Source: an uncultured Verrucomicrobiae bacterium
GTDB taxonomy: Bacteria > Verrucomicrobiota > Verrucomicrobiia > Opitutales > JABDGR01
Reading direction: 5' to 3'
Assembly: GCA_963765205.1 (NCBI GenBank)
Contig: CAVXVB010000005.1
Coordinates: 416,001-480,000, forward strand
Length of the DNA: 64,000 bases
The notes beneath the pieces are model-generated. The model was not told where the DNA came from and did no database searches. It worked only from the letters and a program-made list of their open reading frames with translations. Position numbers and translations under genes: made by a program. Each line of letters begins with the position of its first letter. The first letter of the stretch is position 1. Shown in pieces: positions 62,610 through 64,000 of this stretch.

Positions 62610-64000
<1,391 letters not shown>

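Overview
GC-rich bacterial chromosomal window. Gene style suggests Verrucomicrobiota/Opitutia, but this is inference only. It carries housekeeping genes (hisA, cmk-plsC, lpdA, ffh, mutS, sufT, tRNA-Pro, tRNA-His), sugar catabolism genes (GH51 arabinofuranosidase, oxidative KDG/KGSA enzymes, kdgK-SDR-uxaC-xylA-xylB), two clusters of prepilin-type genes and two small low-GC islets. The main finding is at 29.9-37.4 kb. A caa3-type cytochrome c oxidase operon sits back to back with a Cyc2-type outer-membrane cytochrome-porin and a periplasmic blue-copper protein, a parts list like the Acidithiobacillus Cyc2/rusticyanin/aa3 Fe(II)-oxidation chain. The cyc2 and copper-protein genes share an almost identical promoter layout: a 15-bp box, an 18-nt spacer, CCCAATTGTTGA and an extended -10. 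A close variant of the box lies upstream of a NarL-type regulator in the window. A second unusual locus is a membrane-anchored ECF sigma factor fused to a GspG pseudopilin head, next to a site-2 protease. Seven single-base frameshifts, mostly at homopolymer runs, look like long-read assembly errors. All calls were made by eye, without database searches.
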